Below, one piece after another: positions 60,396-64,000 of a stretch of 64,000 bases of DNA (its first letter is position 1; each line of letters starts with the position of its first letter). A program made the translations under genes and the position numbers. The stretch comes from Guillardia theta CCMP2712 (Eukaryota; Protista; Cryptophyta), in assembly GCF_000315625.1 (NCBI RefSeq), contig NW_005434634.1, positions 148,531-212,530 on the forward strand, given 5' to 3'. Under the pieces are notes generated by a model. That model did no database searches. It was not told where the DNA came from and saw only the letters and a list, made by a program, of their open reading frames with translations.

Positions 60396-62345
60396 TCACC
60401 ATTGAAAATGAGGCACTGCATGTGTAGGAGGAAGGGCCGACAGTTCCCTTGATAAGTGTTCTATATCAACTTGTTCTAGGCTCTGTAAATCCGTTCAGTA
60501 TCATCTACATCCCACAGGAACAGCATGTTCGATCTTCACCTGCCCTGGTTTGCCTTGTTGCAGTCCTAGGAATTCTGCATGAATCCCATCTGCGATCTGC
60601 AACCTTCCCGTTCAGAAACGTGAAATCAACTTTCGCAGACACATACAAAGATCGAATCTATCCCTGTCCGATGAGCTCCAGCGATGTCATGGAGGATAGA
60701 ATCTCCAATAGCACACACCCGAGATCTGTCGACATCCCCTGATACCTGTACATGCTTACTGGAAACGAAGTTGGACACATACACTTACTTCTTTGAGCCT
60801 TTGAAAAGCCTGTTCATACACGAGGGAGTGTGGTTTCCCGACATAAGTCACTTTCCTCTCTCCACACAGCTGTCACTGATTCAGTTCAACACCCTTTGAC
60901 ATGCACGATGCTGAAGTTCACATTCACCTGAGCCATTAGCATACTCTCGTACATCGCTGCCAGCTTTCATCGACGATTTCAAGTCATCTATTCGTAAAGG
61001 GAGTATCCTCATAGACATACCTTTCCTGGCATAGGAGAATCTTTGCCATCGGGACGGACAAAATCAGGATTTGTCACGACCATAGGCAACTGCGCAAAGC
61101 TGAGGAATCGCTGAGCAAAAATACTCTGAAGATCACCAGTCGATTCGCAGCAATCTGAATCGAAGTCGACCGCAACATTGCATTAGCACTTTACCATCAG
61201 AGAATGAATGTACCTGCAGGCAGCTTCTTGCCTCCATGTCCCATGCCTGCTCGTGACTATCACATCTTCTACAAAGCAAAGAACTAGAATGGTTCACTTC
61301 ATATTTGTTAGGACCCTCCCGTTGCAACACCTCCGAAAGTCCATGCTGTTCGGAGTGAGACATGAACAGAAAGAGTACAAGAGTACAGACCATGGTGAAG
61401 AGCCCTCGAGCGAGTACGAAGTCAGCATCTTCAATGTCTGCGAATTCCAAGCCTGTTGAACAGATCGACCAGTCATCTACAGCCAAATGTTGTGAGCACT
61501 CGCAACCTGCTGATGTAACATACTGTTCGTCCTCTTCTCCATTCCCTACTTGAAAGTCATCAAACTCATTGATGACTCCCCAGGGGTCACCGAAAACGAA
61601 AACTTTGTTCCCAAGACTCTCGAATGGTGTGCCCGCTGTTAAACTCAAATTCTGCAAACGATGAACGCAAGGAACCTGGACGCTGAGAGAGACATTGCCA
61701 TCCCACTTCTCCACTGGTGATCAGGTCTAGGATTGAAGCACTATGGAAACCCATCCCTGTACACAAAAATATCACACATACAGCACTGCTCTTCCAACGT
61801 ACCATCAATCTTGTTGAGAGAATTCCCCTTCCTCCTGGAAGAGTTCGACAGCAGAAAAATTTTCTTGCCCATTTCTGCGATTTTTTCGACATAAGGGCTT
61901 TATTTTGACTTCTCAATCACTGATGTGCATGATATCAAATCCAAACCTTGCAATTGCTTCATGCATTCGACTGCTCCTCCCTTTCACTGGAAGTCAGGCT
62001 TTCGCACAGAGCAAGAATCAAGAAATACATAGGCTTTTTTGCCATCATGCATAACTCCCCACTGGTCTATCAGGAAGGCATCGTATCTATTCACTTCATG
62101 AACCAACTACAACTCATCCAAAGGATCAACCTGTTGGCCAGCTCGCCGATCCCGTTCCATACTTGTGTTCCCTTCGTAGCGCTCTGACTCGCTTGGCCCA
62201 TCAAAGATTGCACCCCGCGACTTCTGCTGATCCCGTCGACGGCTCTCTGATACGCACGAGGCAGCATGGTCGGTCTCATGGTGAACCCAACGCAGAGGTC
62301 GAGCATGAGCCATACACCCGCGCCCACCCGCCATACCCCCATCAT
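60396..62345 (-). CDS. HAD-superfamily subfamily IIA hydrolase, likely plastid-targeted, multi-exon
   Basis: FLIDQWGVMHDGK (motif I variant), LLSNSSRR, LITSGE, VVTNPD, CAIGDSILHDIAGAHRTGIDS; N-terminal signal + GF motif. Confidence 0.85.
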
Positions 62346-62542
62346 TGCTTGTATGAGGGAAATACCCTCTTCTCCACTCAGGCCCATTATCGGTTACAGT
62401 TGCGTCAGGAATTCCGGTTACACTGCAACTGCAGCAACCGAGGTCTCCGTTGGAGCCAGGCCACTGTCAGGTGAAGGAGCACAACCGCAACCGGCAGCAT
62501 GGCGTGAGGGGCGGGGGTGGCGGCGCTTGCAGGAGCTGACGA

Positions 62543-64000
62543 CATGGACGGGAGAGCATCGAACAAGGCCGAGAGAAAGGAGAGGAGGAGGAGAAACACT
62601 CGGAGTATGAACGACCTCCCGCGGCCAGACACGTCAGCACAATACCGCGAGTTTGTGAGAGAGCTTCACTTCAGACAGGATGCGATACGTCAGAAGCTCC
62701 ACTCGTTGCCTGAGATAGAGAGGTCTTGTAGCAGATCTGTTACATGAGACCCTGCGTTGATCTGATCAACAGGAGCTCGAAGCAGGAGCCTCTGACCATT
62801 CACAAGAGCAAGAGCAAGAATAAGGGGTGATCTCTACCCTTGGTTTTCGATTCTCGATATGATTCTTTCATCATGACAGGGGGCCAACGTTACCTGAGAT
62901 CAAGTATGTTGCGACGGACTACTTCAACCACGAGATCAAACCAAAAATCATGAAGATGCTTCCGAGTTTATCACACCAGTCTTACCGTGCTGATTCGTCG
63001 CTTCAGCAATTGAGCTCAACATCTACGACAACTTCTGTTTTCATCACCGACAATCCTGAGACGGAGAGGAACAAGGTGATGGTGAAGAAGAAGCAAGCAA
63101 ACAATTCGTACAATGAGGTCGTACTTGACGATATCGTGGCTTGGCAACCTGGTAAAAAAGATGTCATGTATCGCTCCTGTGATTCAGTCTCATTGCCCTC
63201 AGGCCTTGTACAGCGAGCTATGGACGGGAGAGGGATTTTGAAAATTCGCAGCGAGAAGGAATTCTTGCCAAACACTTTAGACACGGGGATGGCCTTGCAG
63301 AAAGCACAAGGCGTTGTCAAGTTGGTCCAGCTGCGTGACAAGGTGGAACGCTCCTCTGCGCAGTAGATGTTTGCTTCTCACTCAGTGACAGGTCATCAAG
63401 ACAAGAATGCAAGCCAAAGGCAACTTCAAGGGGGAGTTGCTACCCATAGCACCTCGCTCGGATGTTGATTTCGTGACGCAAAACAAGCACAAACAGTTTC
63501 AAAGCACCCAAGACGCTAAGATAACGGATCTCTTGAAGGTAGAGCTGCCTCTAGCTCAACCTTCTTGTTCTCACTTTTTGCAGGCTTGCGCTGAGAGGGT
63601 CCAGAGAGAACTCGAAACATGCGAGCGGGCGATCGTAAGGTAAGCATCACTTAGCAGCCATGAACCTGTTGAGATGAGATTCAAACAGCGAGTCTGAATG
63701 GAGAAAGGACGTGGAGGTGAAGCTGATAGCTCGCCAGGAAAGAAAACATCGCAGATCTCAACAGGCCCGATGGCTTCCGCTTGTTCTCCTTGCTGCAGCG
63801 ACTGCCCGCATGATGAAGGTGGTGGCGATCAACCAGGAGCTGAGATATGCCGTGCGAAGAAGGCAAGCCGCAGCTTCGAGGATTCAGAACACTTTCAAGG
63901 GTATCATGCGTCGTCGTCATCAGCTCAAGATAAGCTTGAAGGCAGCACGTTACATGCAGTACAAGATGAAGAGATGGACCTCGTGGCTACATGAGAACAC
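62543..64000 (+). CDS. Hypothetical multi-exon protein, may continue outside window
   Basis: Coding-like exons separated by short GT-AG introns. Confidence 0.45.

Overview
Gene-dense eukaryotic nuclear DNA with many short (~45-65 nt) GT-AG introns, microsatellites, bipartite plastid-targeting signals (signal peptide + 'AF' motif) and one 100-N gap. This is most consistent with a cryptophyte such as Guillardia theta (inference). The standout is a ~2.7 kb transposase-less element at about 38.55-41.27 kb. It encodes a Fanzor1-type (eukaryotic TnpB-like) RuvC nuclease with an N-terminal NLS, a spliceosomal intron and a +1 frameshift just before RuvC-III. A structured candidate omegaRNA follows it, and TTAA motifs, subterminal hairpins and an 11-bp direct repeat bound it. 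Also notable: a membrane protein with two near-identical RelA/SpoT-like nucleotidyltransferase domains; a dsRBD + NYN/PIN RNase gene beside tRNA-Thr; a decayed MULE transposase followed by a mosaic of duplicated local host-gene fragments (Pack-MULE-like); and a dispersed ~40-bp intergenic repeat. Ordinary genes include PDZ, CGR1-like, GNAT, a giant Kelch/filamin surface protein, an alpha/beta hydrolase, two HAD phosphatases, SAP, RING, collagen-like and ankyrin proteins. Multi-exon boundaries were inferred by eye and are approximate.
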